43,269 nt of DNA from Macrostomum lignano. Taxonomy: Eukaryota. This document shows, piece after piece, positions 1 through 11,227 of this stretch. The notes under the pieces are model-generated. The model was not told the DNA's origin, did not search any database, and saw nothing but the letters and a program-made list of their open reading frames with translations. The stretch's first letter is position 1; each line of letters opens with the position of its first letter. The stretch is from the NCBI GenBank assembly GCA_002269645.1, contig NIVC01001572.1:1-43269 (forward strand). Reading direction: 5' to 3'. The position numbers were made by a program, and so were the translations under genes.

Positions 1-2973
1 GAGGAAGTCGGCGCCAATCGACAGCCAGGCGCCCTTTGGGATGCTCGACGGTGCAGTGGCGTCGCGCTGACTGTCGGCTTATGTGACGCCATGATGCAGC
101 TGCGGCAACTGCTGACGGCCTTGTCCGCATCTGCGCTCATCTTTGGCCACCAGACTTTGCTGCTCAGCCTGGCCAGTGTCTTCCGCAGTCCCAGGTGTCC
201 GGCATGTGCGAGGCGCAACATCGTCTCCCGGAGGCTGCTTGGCACACAATCCTGTCCCGTCGAAGCAGCACTCCGTCCTCCTCAGCAAGCTCGTCTCGTA
301 GTGGATGCAGTGACCTCAGCTCTGGGTGGCTGAGGTCCCACCTGGCTCCATGGATGGCGGCGATTGCGGCTCTGATCAGCGAGTCAGCCTGCGAGTGCCG
401 CCTGATGTCCTCTACCGTGAGCGCTCTCGCACCGCGGCCTGCAGTACCGCACCGATGCTGGCGGAGTCCTGCTGTGCATCTTTGTTGTGCCCGGACGTCG
501 CTAGCGGTTGTCCGCTGAGGATGTCTGCGCGTTCTGGGGCCCTGGGCAGTACACCACCTTGAAGTTCATGTGCTGAAGAGCCATTCGCTCGACTCTAGGA
601 GGCGGCCTCGACCCTCGCGCCAGCATGTTGACCAACGGCCTGTGGTCCGTGATCACATCGAATCGAGGTAGTATTGGAATCGGAGACATCCGAATTTCAC
701 TGCCAGCGCCTCCTTTTCAGTCTGGCAGTATCTGGACTCTACATCGGAGTGCGACCGGCTGGCATAAGCCACTGGTCTTGAAGTGCCATCTTCTCGCCGC
801 TGCGCCAAGATGGCTCCGAGTCCCCTCGGACCGGCGTCGACTATGAGCTCGGTTCGCAGCCTCTGGTCGAAGAAGCTAAGGGCGCCGGCTTCCGTGATCT
901 GCTGTTTCAGCTGCTTGAAAGCGGCGTCTTCAGCTTCGCTCCATCTCCAGACCGCGCCTTTCTTCGTCAGGCGCCGCAGTGGCTCAGCGATTTTTGACAG
1001 CTGCGGTGTGAACACAGCCAGGTAGTTGACAAGGCCTAGAAATGACCTCACCTGGCTGCGGTCTCTGGAGCTTTGAATGCTTTGACTGTCTCGATCTTGT
1101 CTTCGGTGGGCTGCACTGCACTGGCTGAGAGCTGCATGCCCATGAATGTGATCTTGTCTCTGGCCAGCTTGCACTTTCCGGGATTGAGCGTGACGCCGTG
1201 TTGCTGGAGCGGGCGAGGCATGTCGTCATGGATCCACTTGACCTTGTCGAGTCCAGCCAGGATGCCTGACATGACGACTTGGAGGATTTCCTGAGCCGTG
1301 GAGAGGCCCATGCACAACCGCTTGAGCCGTCGCAGCCCCCGTGGTGTCGAGAAGGTTAGCAGGTTCCTGCAGCTTTCCGCCACAAGGATCTGGTAGAAAG
1401 CCTTGGCAACACCCAGCTCCGAGAAGACTTTGGCGCCTGCCATGCACCCAGTCACCTCCTCGAAAGTTGGGATTTGATGTCGCTCCCTGATGACGAACCT
1501 GTTGACAGCTCGGAGGTCCTGGGTGATTCGAACTTCGCCGGTCTGCGCCTTTGGCACTACGACCATCCGAGCCACCCAGGGTGCCGGGCCGTTGACAGGC
1601 TCGATGATGTCCAGGTCCTCGAGCAGCTTGAGCTCCTTGTCGACCGCTGCGGCCAGGTGGACAGGAACCCTTGAGGGCGCGTGGCAGACCGGTCAGGTGG
1701 ATCGTTGCCGTGTAGTTCTTGACGCATCCGATGCCGCTGAACACTTGAGCGTGCTTGGTGAGGATGTGGCTCAGCTGCAGTTGCTCTGGGAGGCCTTCGT
1801 CCGCTGATCGATTTCCTTTCAGCAGTTGGTCGATGAGGCCCTCTGATCGGTGGACGGCGAGAACCTCGGCTGCCGGCTGACTGCTGGGCGGGTATAAAAA
1901 AGGCGCTTCTCTGGATACACAAAAAACATTTACAGGCAGAGTCATCTTGCCGACCAGCTTTAGTGGGTGCGAGCTTCCGTAGGCAAACAGCCGGCTGCTG
2001 ACTGGCTGCAGTGGGGGTCGGTGTGGCAGGCCATTGAAACTGCTGACGTCCATGATGTTGCAGCCGGCCCCGCTGTAGATAAGGATGTCCATGGAGGTGC
2101 CGCCGATTTGAGCGGTCACTCTCGCTGACGCCGGATCACTGGCCACGTGGAAGATTCCCTTCTGGACGGAGCGGAGTCTTTGTCCAGCAGGTAGGTCACG
2201 TTCTCCTGCTCGCTCGGGATGGCCTTGAGTTGGCCGGCCTTACTGGACCTGCACACACGGGCGAAATGTCCGATTTTGCCGCATTTCCTGCAGGACTTGC
2301 CCCGGGCGGCGTCGCATTCAGCATGCCCTTGTCTGCCGCACCGGTTGCAGGTGACTTGTGACTTTCCGTCTGCCGCTCTCGAGCCGCGGCCGCTGCTGCT
2401 CACTGCTGCCACGTCCTCCGGCACCGGTCGGCTTCCGAGCTCCATTGCTTGCGCCTGTCGCTCCGCTGTCTCTGGCGCGGATCTTGGTCAGCGTGTCCGC
2501 CAGGCTGATGTCGCCTGAATGCAGCAGATCGCGCCGCATTTTCTCAGACTGGCAGTACGCCACAACCTTGTCCCGGATTAGCGAGTTGCTCAAGTCGCCG
2601 AACTTGCATGGCTCCGCCAGTTTCTTCAGTCGGACATACCAGGCATCGATTCCTTCGCCCTCTAGCTGTCGGCAGGTCTCAAATATGTATCGTAGGAAGA
2701 CGATGTTGTTTTTCTTGTCCAGGTGGCTCTGGATGTTTTGTGCTAGTTTCTTGGCTGATTCGCCTCGTGCAATGCTTCGACGAGCAAGTGGATGAATTCG
2801 CCGGCTGAGTAAAGTAGGATTTCTTGAGCTTGATTTTCATCTTTAATGCCGGCCGCGACAAGGTAGCTCTCGAAGCGCCGAGTCCAATTTTTCCACTTTT
2901 AAGCGATGGTATGCGGCTCACCTTCTTCATCGAAAGCGCCAGGTGGCGATAAGTGCTATGGCTTGCGACGCCA
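1..2973 (-). mobile_element. Decayed Ty3/gypsy LTR retrotransposon internal region (gag-PR-RT-RNaseH-IN), probably Mag-like lineage; truncated by the left window edge
   Basis: Minus-strand pieces in several frames. Gag N-term PPGAFDEEG..*KWKNWTRRFESYLVAAGIKD has an in-frame stop near 2900. Two CCHC knuckles (CNRCGRQGH, CRKCGKIGHFARVC, about 2250-2350). Protease ILIYSGAGCNIM (about 2060-2090). RT YQILVAES..TFSTPRGL..RLCMGL..IHDD. RNase H LIVDAGPRGLGAIL..YASRS..EKEALAVKFG. Integrase zinc finger AHAGHLG..VWWPKM..CRSC (about 95-210) and W..IGADF at the left edge. The order PR-RT-RH-IN is diagnostic of Ty3/gypsy. Confidence 0.93.
2962..2973 (-). other. Primer-binding site of element 1 (TGGCGTCGCAAG); tRNA not identified
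   Basis: TGG follows directly after the LTR-like end ...CTCTTACA on the minus strand and precedes gag. Confidence 0.6.
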
Positions 2974-3191
2974 TGTAAGAGTTCAATGCATGATTTGGCA
3001 GTTGCACGAAGAAGTACGAAAGCCACAGTGGGCGAAGCGATGCAATTTATTTAATATTTAGTCGACTACTGCATTGCGTGGGGTGGTGGTCGTAAATGTA
3101 CACTATGCTTACTACTAAGCGGCCAGGGTTGGAGAGAGAAAGCCGGCTGACGTACGGAGCTGGAAAAATGGGGTGGGCGCTCTTTAGCACA
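2974..3191 (-). repeat. Putative 5' LTR of element 1; outer boundary uncertain
   Basis: The inner end ...CTCTTACA abuts the PBS. AATAAA lies on the minus strand near 3047-3052. The outer end is guessed from a TGTGCTAAAG terminus. The partner LTR is outside the window, so this cannot be confirmed. Confidence 0.4.
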
Positions 3192-3548
3192 TCAATGGCT
3201 CAAACTGCTTAAAAATGCATACGCGCTGCTGAATTCCCCATTTCACAGCACGGGCCGCCCCGCCTTTAGAGTCACTATCTGGAAAATCAGTTTCAAAGAC
3301 GGCTAAAAAGAGTGGAAGAGCGGCAACTGCAGGACTTTGCGCTTGCCACTCGTCTGTATCAGTGCTTATTCTGAATCCAGGCCGATGGACTTGTGAAACC
3401 ATTGGGGACCCGAGCCACACTGGCTTCACTTCATCTTCGGAAGCTCAGGCGGTAAAAAATATCAAGTTTTGAGCTGATAAATTGGAAACAGTTGAAGCCG
3501 TTGATGCATTTTCAAGCAACAGTTGGGTTTAAATAAATTTCTTTAGAA

Positions 3549-4748
3549 TTATTGAACTGCTTGACTGCCGGCGGTCCTTCGTTGAATGCCCTCGCTGAAC
3601 TCGCCGCCCTCCAGAGTTGCCCGCGTGCTGAGCATCGCGCCGAACCTGACGGAGATACGAGTGTAAATTTTCGGCGGGACCTTCGATCTCAGGACCGACC
3701 AGCCGCCTGCGCCCGTGCCCGGCCTGAGGCATCTGAGCCTTCACTACTGGGGATCACATTACAAGAATAAGAAGATAGCATTGTGGCTGCTGCCCACCCT
3801 GCCTTCGCTTGAGAGCCTCGATTTACTGTTTGTGTCTCGAGCCTCAGATGAGCAATTCCGCCAGATCCTCCGCTGCCTGCCTGCCGGCCGGCCTTGCGGA
3901 CCTTCGATTGGAGATTCACGGAAGCCGGTGCTCTATCGGAGCTGAGCCGGGCAGTCCGCTGCCACCGGGCTTCAGCGGCTGCAGCTCACGGGATTGTTCT
4001 TTGATGTGCCATGGGACTTACAGTTGGCTGACACTCTGAGTGGCTGTCCAGGTGAGTCCCGCTCACCTTGCCGCTCCTTTGGTAGATACTCGGATTGATG
4101 CTCAGACTGCTGCTCTCCCAGATGCTCAGACTGCTGCTCTCCCAGATGCTCAGACTGCTGCTCTCCCAGATGCTCAGACTGTTGCTCTCCCAGATGCTCA
4201 GACTGCTGCTCTCCCAGATGCTCAGACTGCTGCTCTCTCAGATGCTCAGACTGCTGCTCTCCCAGATGCTCAGACTGCTGCTCTCCCAGATGCTCAGACT
4301 GCTGTTCTTCCAGATGCTCAGACTGCTGCTATAAGTTCCATTCACTGCAGAGTTGACCCATGTTGAGTTGGAGGTGAGCACCGACGATCTGCTGGCGGCT
4401 CTGCTCTCCCGGCTGCCGCGCCTGCGCTGCCTCCGCATCCACGACTGCAGCCTTCTGACCCGCCAGGCCTGGGCGAATCTGCGAAGCCTCGCAGCCTGGC
4501 CACTCGATCTGATGGAGTTCCGGGCCCTCGGTTGCACTGGATCCAGCCTCACTGATGAGGCGGTGGCCGACCTGTGCGCCAGTCCGGTTGCCAGGGGCCT
4601 GCGGCGGCTCCACCTGTCCGACTGCAGCCAGTGGACTGCCGTCGCCCTCGCCAGCATCGCCAGCGGCTGCCCGTGGCTCACTGAGCTCCAGCTGGAGGGC
4701 TTCAGGCGAGACCCCGCGATGAGCGCATCGAGGCGGCCTTCGAGCTGA
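3549..4748 (+). pseudogene. LRR gene fragment, paralog of the F-box/LRR gene at 11949; frameshifted, no F-box seen; exons about 3549-4051 and 4351-4748
   Basis: LRR-type peptides GLRHLSLHYW, LPSLESLDL, LADLRLEI, GLQRLQLTG fall in alternating frames. Phase-1 intron CCA G|gtgagt (4052) ... ttcactgcag|AG TTG (4350). The last exon LTHVELEV..LLSRLPRLRCLRIHDC..RQAWANLR..SLTDEAVADLCASPVARGLRRL is clearly homologous to 14859-15370. Confidence 0.7.
4097..4330. repeat. 24-bp minisatellite (GATGCTCAGACTGCTGCTCTCCCA), about 10 copies, intronic
   Basis: Direct tandem repeat inside the 4052-4350 intron. Confidence 0.95.
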
Positions 4749-4790
4749 GCATCGACTTGACTGCTTGCTGGCTTCAACCGTAGCAACTTG

Positions 4791-5430
4791 CAGCTCTGCA
4801 ACTGCCTCCCTTCAGCTCTGCAACTGCCTCCCCTCAGCTCTGCAACTGCCTCCCCTCAGCTCTGCAACTGCCTCCCTTCAGCTCTGCAACTGTCTCCCCT
4901 CAGCTCTGCAACTGCCTCCCTTCAGCTCTGCAACTGCCTCCCTTCAGCTCTGCAACTGCCTCCCTTCAGCTCTGCAACTGCCTCCCCTCAGCTCTGCAAC
5001 TGCCTCCCCTCAGCTCTGCAACTGCCTCCCTTCAGCTCTGCAACTGCCTCCCTTCAGCTCTGCAACTGCCTCTCTTCAGCTCTGCAACTGCCTCTCTTCA
5101 GCCTCGCAACTGTCTCCCTTCAGCTCTGCAACTGCCTCCCTTCAGCTCTGCAACTGTCTCCCTTCAGCTCTGCAACTGCCTCCCTTCAGCTCTGCAACTG
5201 CCTCCCTTCAGCTCTGCAACTGCCTCCCTTCAGCTCTGCAACTGCCTCCCTTCAGCTCTGCAACTGCCTCCCTTCAGCTCTGCAACTGTCTCCCCTCAGC
5301 TCTGCAACTGCCTCCCTTCAGCTCTGCAACTGCCTCCCTTCAGCTCTGCAACTGCCTCCCTTCAGCTCTGCAACTGCCTCCCTTCAGCTCTGCAACTGTC
5401 TCCCCTCAGCTCTGCAACTGCCTCCCTTCA
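4791..5430. repeat. 22-bp minisatellite (CAGCTCTGCAACTGCCTCCCTT), about 29 copies
   Basis: Direct tandem repeat; explains ORFs 4765-5484 and 4788-5459. Confidence 0.95.
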
Positions 5431-5994
5431 CGGGGTGTCGGCGCTGTGGAAAAGACTAATAGAAAACAATGTTTAAAATCCTGAAAAAACTGAAGCCTGA
5501 AGGCCAAAATTCCCCAAAACCTTGAAGTCCTTCATCCTTCATGAAGCAAAAAAATCAGCTAAAAATAATTTATTATCATTTTTTAGGCATGCTAATTTTC
5601 TACAGCTTGGAATGATAATTTTTTAGAAATTATAAGTTTCTTTCATTCATTTCATTGATACTATATTGAAATTATCTAAATATTCTTAATTCCTAAAATG
5701 GCTGGCGCTGCACATAAAAAGTTTTTGTTGCTAAAAACGAAACTTACATTTAACAATAATGAGAATACTTTTTATTGGCTTATGCTATGCCTAACTAAAG
5801 AGGTAGGACTGAAAAGTAGGCATATTATCTACTGATTCAGTTGTAATCAAAATCTTATTATTATACGGTTGAGTTGCTTTTCTCTATCCAGATCAGGACA
5901 TGAGTTGTGGTCCCAGCCTGCAGTTTGCTTTGTATCCGAGACATTTGATTGCATTTTTATAGCTTTTATTCAATTTGCTTGAAATTGTTGTATC

Positions 5995-6159
5995 TGTAAG
6001 ATGGTTTGCTTAGTTGATTGCGTGTGCGCACGTTCACTAGCTCTTATGTACATTTGCTCGCTGTACAATGATAATATATAAGTGAATGCCTTGGCGCCCT
6101 GGGCAGCCAAGAGTCGGTCTACGCCTTAAGCCAATTTCTCGTTTTCGCTTGTTCTTACA
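5995..6159 (+). repeat. 5' LTR (165 bp)
   Basis: TGTAAGATGG...GTTCTTACA; matches 11228-11392 except A6030 vs G11263. Confidence 0.97.
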
Positions 6160-6160
6160 T

Positions 6161-6172
6161 TGGTGGCAGCGG
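6161..6172 (+). other. Primer-binding site, tRNA-Leu type (TGGTGGCAGCGG)
   Basis: Lies 1 nt after the LTR. It is complementary to the ...CCGCUGCCACCA 3' end of eukaryotic tRNA-Leu(AAG/TAG), recalled from memory. Confidence 0.8.
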
Positions 6173-6177
6173 CGGCT

Positions 6178-7020
6178 ATGACTGAAAATGAAGGCAGTGC
6201 AGAGAGCCCTACAGTGGCGGTGACTCAGCCCCAAGCTAGTTTTGTCAACATGTTTTTGCGGCCGCCTCAATACCAGCATGGACAAGACTTTGAACTTTGG
6301 CTGGCACGATTCAACAATTTCGCATCATCTCTTCCTGTGGATCAGCGCAAGAATGCTCTGCTGTCATTCCTCGACGACAAATCATATCAAGCGGCCAACA
6401 ATTTGGATGCTGCCCTGTCCTACGACGACTTTGAGAAGGCTCTGAAAAATCGATTTCGGCCATCAAAATCCTCTGCTGAGCTGCAGGCGCAGTTCTTCAA
6501 TCTGACTCAAAAGGACGGTCAGTCGGTTGCAGACTATTCCGATGCCCTGGTCGTTGCGGCAAAGCGTGCGTTCCCGAGTCTGATGGAGACGAAAGCAGGT
6601 GCCGAGCAGGAGACGTCGGTGACAGCGAAGGACGAGCTTCTCAAAGGTCGGTTTCTATCCGGATTGAGGGACCCAGCTGTGCGAATGCAGACGCAGATGC
6701 AGGCAAAGGCGACATTCGCTGATACAGTTGAAACAGCGCGATTCGTGGAATCGATACAGTCGCAAGGAGGCACTGCTACGGCTCTAGCTGCTGAGGTTCC
6801 CGAAGCCTTTGCAGTCGGAATTCAACGGTCCCTGAAGGAGCTGTCCAACAAGCTCAGCCGCTGGGAGTCAAAGGACCAGGATCATCGTCAGAGCGGCGAC
6901 AGACGCAGAGTTGTGACATGCTGGAAGTGCGGTAAGCCGGGCCATGTTCAAAGATTTTGCACTCAGAAGTCGGGAAACTTCGATGGAGCGGCGACCGCCG
7001 GGGTGCCGTTCCGCAAGTGA
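6178..7020 (+). CDS. gag: Gag (capsid-like region plus CCHC zinc knuckle), 280 aa
   Basis: ATG at 6178. Typical W..RF...LL..L and F..L.Q..GQSV.DY gag motifs. CWKCGKPGHVQRFC knuckle. Confidence 0.92.
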   Translation: MTENEGSAESPTVAVTQPQASFVNMFLRPPQYQHGQDFELWLARFNNFASSLPVDQRKNALLSFLDDKSYQAANNLDAALSYDDFEKALKNRFRPSKSSAELQAQFFNLTQKDGQSVADYSDALVVAAKRAFPSLMETKAGAEQETSVTAKDELLKGRFLSGLRDPAVRMQTQMQAKATFADTVETARFVESIQSQGGTATALAAEVPEAFAVGIQRSLKELSNKLSRWESKDQDHRQSGDRRRVVTCWKCGKPGHVQRFCTQKSGNFDGAATAGVPFRK

Positions 7021-7031
7021 GAATCCCGGCG
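6972..7031 (+). other. -1 ribosomal frameshift signal: slippery heptamer G GGA AAC plus H-type pseudoknot
   Basis: Heptamer 6972-6978 is in the gag frame (TCG GGA AAC), with a 6-nt spacer. Stem 1 is 6985-6992/7005-7012 and stem 2 is 6996-7003/7024-7031. The -1 frame contains the protease LVDTG. Confidence 0.85.
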
Positions 7032-10000
7032 CAACCAGTCGTAGAGGTGTCCTGCTCAGCCACTGGTGCCAACATGCTGGTAAACTGTCGCATCCTGCCA
7101 ATGTGTATCCCTGCCAGCTGTCTAGTTGACACTGGGTGTTCCCAGTCTTTGATGTCAAGTCCCTGTTTCGCAAGCTGAATGAGAGGCTCCTGCCTTTGAC
7201 GACTCCGGTGCAGTTGAAGCTGGCAGACGGTAACTATTTGGCTGCCTGTGGTTGGCAGGAAGTGCAGCTAAGTTTCGGTGTGGCAACGGTTCGACAAAGA
7301 GTTTTAGTTGTCGACAATCTGGCCAAGGATTTTTTGCTGGGTGCAGATTTCCTGGCAAACTGCGGCTGCGTCATCGACTGCAATCGCCAAACGCTCACTG
7401 TGTGCGGTCAGCAAGTAAAAATGGAGTCATCGGCAGCAAGTAGCTGTGTATTCGCCGTTGAGGTAGCAGACAGGACAACCGTGCCCGCTGGTCACGAAAT
7501 CGTCTTCCCAGCGAGATTGGCAAGTGAGTCAGATGCAGCTGTTGATGGTGAGTGCGGCATTTTTGAGCCTGACAATTCGAAGGACATCTCCACGGTCATG
7601 TGTGGAGCGCGCAGCCTCTCGGTGTTGCGAGGAGGACTCATCGCTGTTCACTATGTCAATACGGACACCAAGCCGCATACATTTTACCCCGGAACAAGAC
7701 TGGGGACTTTTGAGCCGATGTCAGATGGTGCCGATGCAGAGTTGTCAATGCAAGTTGAGACAGTGAAAGGTCAAATCGCCGAGTATGTACCAAATGTGCA
7801 CATTGATGAGAAAAATCTTACAGCCAATCAAGTTCAGTGTGTCAAAGATCTTCTGCATCAGTACCAGGATGTGTTCTCGAAAAGTCCAAACGACCTGGGC
7901 TGCACTTCACTCCTTGACCACAAAATTGACACCGGGTCGGCGAAACCTATCAGAGTGCCTCCTCGTAGATTGTCGCCGCCGAACCAGCGAGCTGTGTCAG
8001 AGATGGTCGAGCAGATGGTGAGAGACGACATCGTAGAGCCTTCGAATTCTCCGTGGTCGAGCCCGGTCATTCTGGTGAAGAAGAAGGACGGCAGTTTGCG
8101 CTTCGTGAACGACTTCAGACTGCTCAACTCCGTGACCGTCAAAGACAGTCATCCACTGCCTCACACCAGCGATCTGATCGATGCTCTCGCAGGATCCACA
8201 ATGTTCTCAACGCTCGACTTCACTAGCGGGTACACCCAGGTGATGCTGGACTCAGAGAGTCGCGCAAAAACAGCATTTCCTGCGCCACAAGGATTATTCC
8301 AGTACAAGAGACTACCGCAAGGTGTGTGCAATGGTCCTGCCACGTTTTCAAGGCTGATGGAACTCGTTCTGAAGGGCCTCCGATGGGAAGTGTGCCTGTC
8401 ATTTCTTGACGACGTTGTCATCTTTTCGAAAGGATTCGAGGAGCATCTGCGGCGTCTTGAGCTTGTGTTGCAGAAATTCAGAACCGCTAACCTGAAGTTG
8501 AAGCCGACCAAGTGCCACTTGTGCTATCAGGAGATCTCATTTCTTGGCTTTCGAATCTCAAAAGATGGCGTGACCACTGACCCGGACAAGGTGAAAGCAG
8601 TGCAGGAGTGGCCAACGCCCGAAGATCGTTCAGAAGTGCGACAATTCCTGGGGTTATGTGGCTACTATCGTCATTTCGTTAAAAACTACAGTGAGATTGC
8701 TGAACCGCTGTACAAGCTAACGCAAAAGGACGTGACCTTCAGCTGGACTCTCGAATGCTCAGCAGCATTTAATCGCCTAAAGCAGTGCCTTACTTCCAGC
8801 CCAGTCCTCATCATGCCGACTTTCGCAGAAGACGCTGAGTTCGTGCTAGATACTGATGCCTCTGGCGTGGCCATCTCCGGAGTTCTTCAAGAGCGCCGTG
8901 GTGGCAGGACGCAGGTGGTGGCGTACGGCAGTCGCATTCTGTCCAAAGCAGAGAGAAATTACTGCACAACGAGGCGTGAGCTGCTGGCAATTGTGCACTT
9001 CGTCGGTCACTATCGCAGCTACTTGTTAGGAAAAAGATTCACACTACGTACTGATCACGCCTCGCTGATCCATCTTCTGCGCTTTCGAGATCCCGATGGT
9101 CAGCTGGCACGGTGGCTGGATAAGCTAAGCGAATTCGACTACCAGACGGAGTATCGCAAGGGCGAGAAACATGGAAATGCAGACGCACTTAGTCGGCGAC
9201 CGTGTCGAAAAGGACCTTGCCTGTGCAGTGGCTCTGCGCTCGCTGTCGAGTTCAATGACGACAGCGCGATTCGACGAGCACAGGCAGAGGATCGGTGCAT
9301 GCAGAAGCTGGCGAACTGCTTGCGAGATGGGCAACCACCGGATAAGGCAGAGACGGATGGCTGGAGCAATCGGCAGCGGCAACTGCTGTCCGAGTTTAAG
9401 CGGCTGACACTGGTGAACGGACTGCTGTGCCGCCGATGGGAATCCGAAGATGGCAGCGCCTTTTGTCAGCAGCTGCTGGTGCCAGAGAGTCTACAGCGCG
9501 ATGTTTTTGTCGAAGCTCATGCTGGAACGAGCGGCAGCCACTGCGGACCGCAGAAGACCATTGAAAAGATCAGGGCGCGACTCTACTGGCCTGGAATGAC
9601 AGCAGATGTGACTGACTGGTGTGCTGCGTGCCTCGAATGCGCGACACTGAAAGATTCTGACCAGCACAGGCGGGCACCTCTACAGAGCATGGCGGTCGGC
9701 AGCGTTGGCCAGCGACTGGAAATGGACTTCATGGTGGGCCTGCCGAGAACCGATCGTGGAAATTCAGTCATCCTGGTAGTCATCGACACCTTCAGCAAGT
9801 GGACTGAGGCCTTTCCACTGCCGTCTCAAGACGCTGAGACCACAGCCCGGACGTTTGTCAACGAGTGGGTGGCTCGCTTTGGAGTCCCGCAGTCGGTGCA
9901 CACCGACCAGGGTCGGAACTGGGAGTCACAGCTGTTTCAAGAGACGATGCGGCTGCTGAAAATCGACAAGACTCGGACGACAGGCTACCACCCTGAAGGA

Positions 10001-11017
10001 GACGGCGGTTGCGAACGGATGAACCGGACACTGGTGCAGCTGCTGCGAGCATGGGTGAACGAGAATCAGCGAGACTGGGATCTTCATCTGCAGATTGCAC
10101 TGATGGGCTACCGCACTTCAGTCCACAAGTCGACTGGTCAGACACCTTCGGCGATGCATTTCGGCCGGGAACTGCGACTACCACTGGACTTGGCATACGG
10201 AGGTCTGGCGCCGGATAGGCAACGTCCTTGTGAATGGGTGGCCGAGCTGCGGAGCCGGCTGCAGACATCGCACGAGAGGGCGCGACAAAACTTGGAGGCA
10301 GCGCAACTGCACCAGAAGGCAGCGTACGACAGGAGGTGCCACGGCAAGGCATTCAGCGAGAACGATCTGGTCTGGCTGCACAATCCGGCGCTGAAGCGAG
10401 GCGAGAGCCGAAAATTTCATCGATGGTGGACTGGGCCATGGCGCGTTAAAAAGCAGATCTCAGACGTCACCTACCGCATTCAGCACGAGGCCAATGCACG
10501 ACGGCGAAGGGTGGTGCATTTCAATCGCCTGAAGCCATGCAACACGGCCAGTCCAGCTGCAGCACCTCAATTGCAACCAGCGGCGCAACTGCACAATCCT
10601 GACGAGGACGACCTGAGATTTGACGGCGTCCCAGCCGGCGCCCCATCCGGCGCCCCAGCCGGCGTCCCAGCCGGCGCCCCAGCCGGCGCCCCAGCCGGCG
10701 CCCCAGCCGGCGCCCCAGCCGGCGCCCCAGCCGGCGCCCCAGCCGGCGCCCCAGCCGGCGCCCCAGTCGGCGCCCCGGTCGGCGCCCCAGCCGGCGCCCC
10801 AGCCGGCGCCCAAGCCGGCGACCCAGCCGGCGCCCCAGCCGGCGACCCAGCCGGCGCCCCAGTCGGCGCCCCGGTCGGCGCCCCAGCCGGCACCCCAATC
10901 GGCGCCCCGGTCGGCGCCCCTGCTGATGTTCCAGAGCATCCAGAACAGCCTGTATTGCGCCGAAGTGAGAGGGCCCGTGCCCCGCCAGAATTTTTTGGTG
11001 AAGTGTATACTCATTGA
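6972..11017 (+). CDS. pol: Pol (protease, RT, RNase H, integrase with GPY/F and a repeat tail); one extra frameshift near 7157; main ORF 7136-11017
   Basis: LVDTGCSQS (7122-7148, -1 frame). RT motifs SPWSSPV..KKDGSLRFVNDFR, LPQG..NGPATF and FLDD. RNase H DTDAS..ERNYCTTRRELLA. Integrase H..H..C..C and D/D/E core. WTGPW..VTYRI. Terminal LRRSERARAPP. Confidence 0.95.
10628..10921 (+). repeat. 12-bp coding minisatellite (CCAGCCGGCGCC), about 24 units, encoding (PAGA)n in the Pol tail
   Basis: In-frame tandem repeat within the pol ORF. Confidence 0.95.
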
Positions 11018-11211
11018 ATGCAGATTTTCTTAGATAGTTTTTTTTTTAAACATTGGCATTGCTTAAGTTCATTTTAATTTCCACTTTTATTTCCCTCATT
11101 CCCTCATATATTTATTCGTTCAAATATTCGATCAGAATTCGTCGAACTCATACTCGTAACTTTTTTTAACACAACGAAAAATGCAGAAAGTGAGTGGAAC
11201 ACTTTTTTTTT

Positions 11212-11225
11212 GAAAGAAGGAGAGC
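11212..11225 (+). other. Polypurine tract
   Basis: GAAAGAAGGAGAG ends 3 nt (CAT) before the 3' LTR. Confidence 0.8.
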
Positions 11226-11227
11226 AT

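Noticed and set aside
4040-4366. DAQTAALP-repeat ORFs on both strands
   Set aside because: Translation of an intronic 24-bp minisatellite.
4765-5484. Cys/Leu-rich repeat ORFs
   Set aside because: Translation of the 22-bp minisatellite.
10460-11033. Antisense and alternative-frame ORFs (GAGW, RRLG, PAPQ repeats)
   Set aside because: Shadows of the 12-bp repeat within pol.
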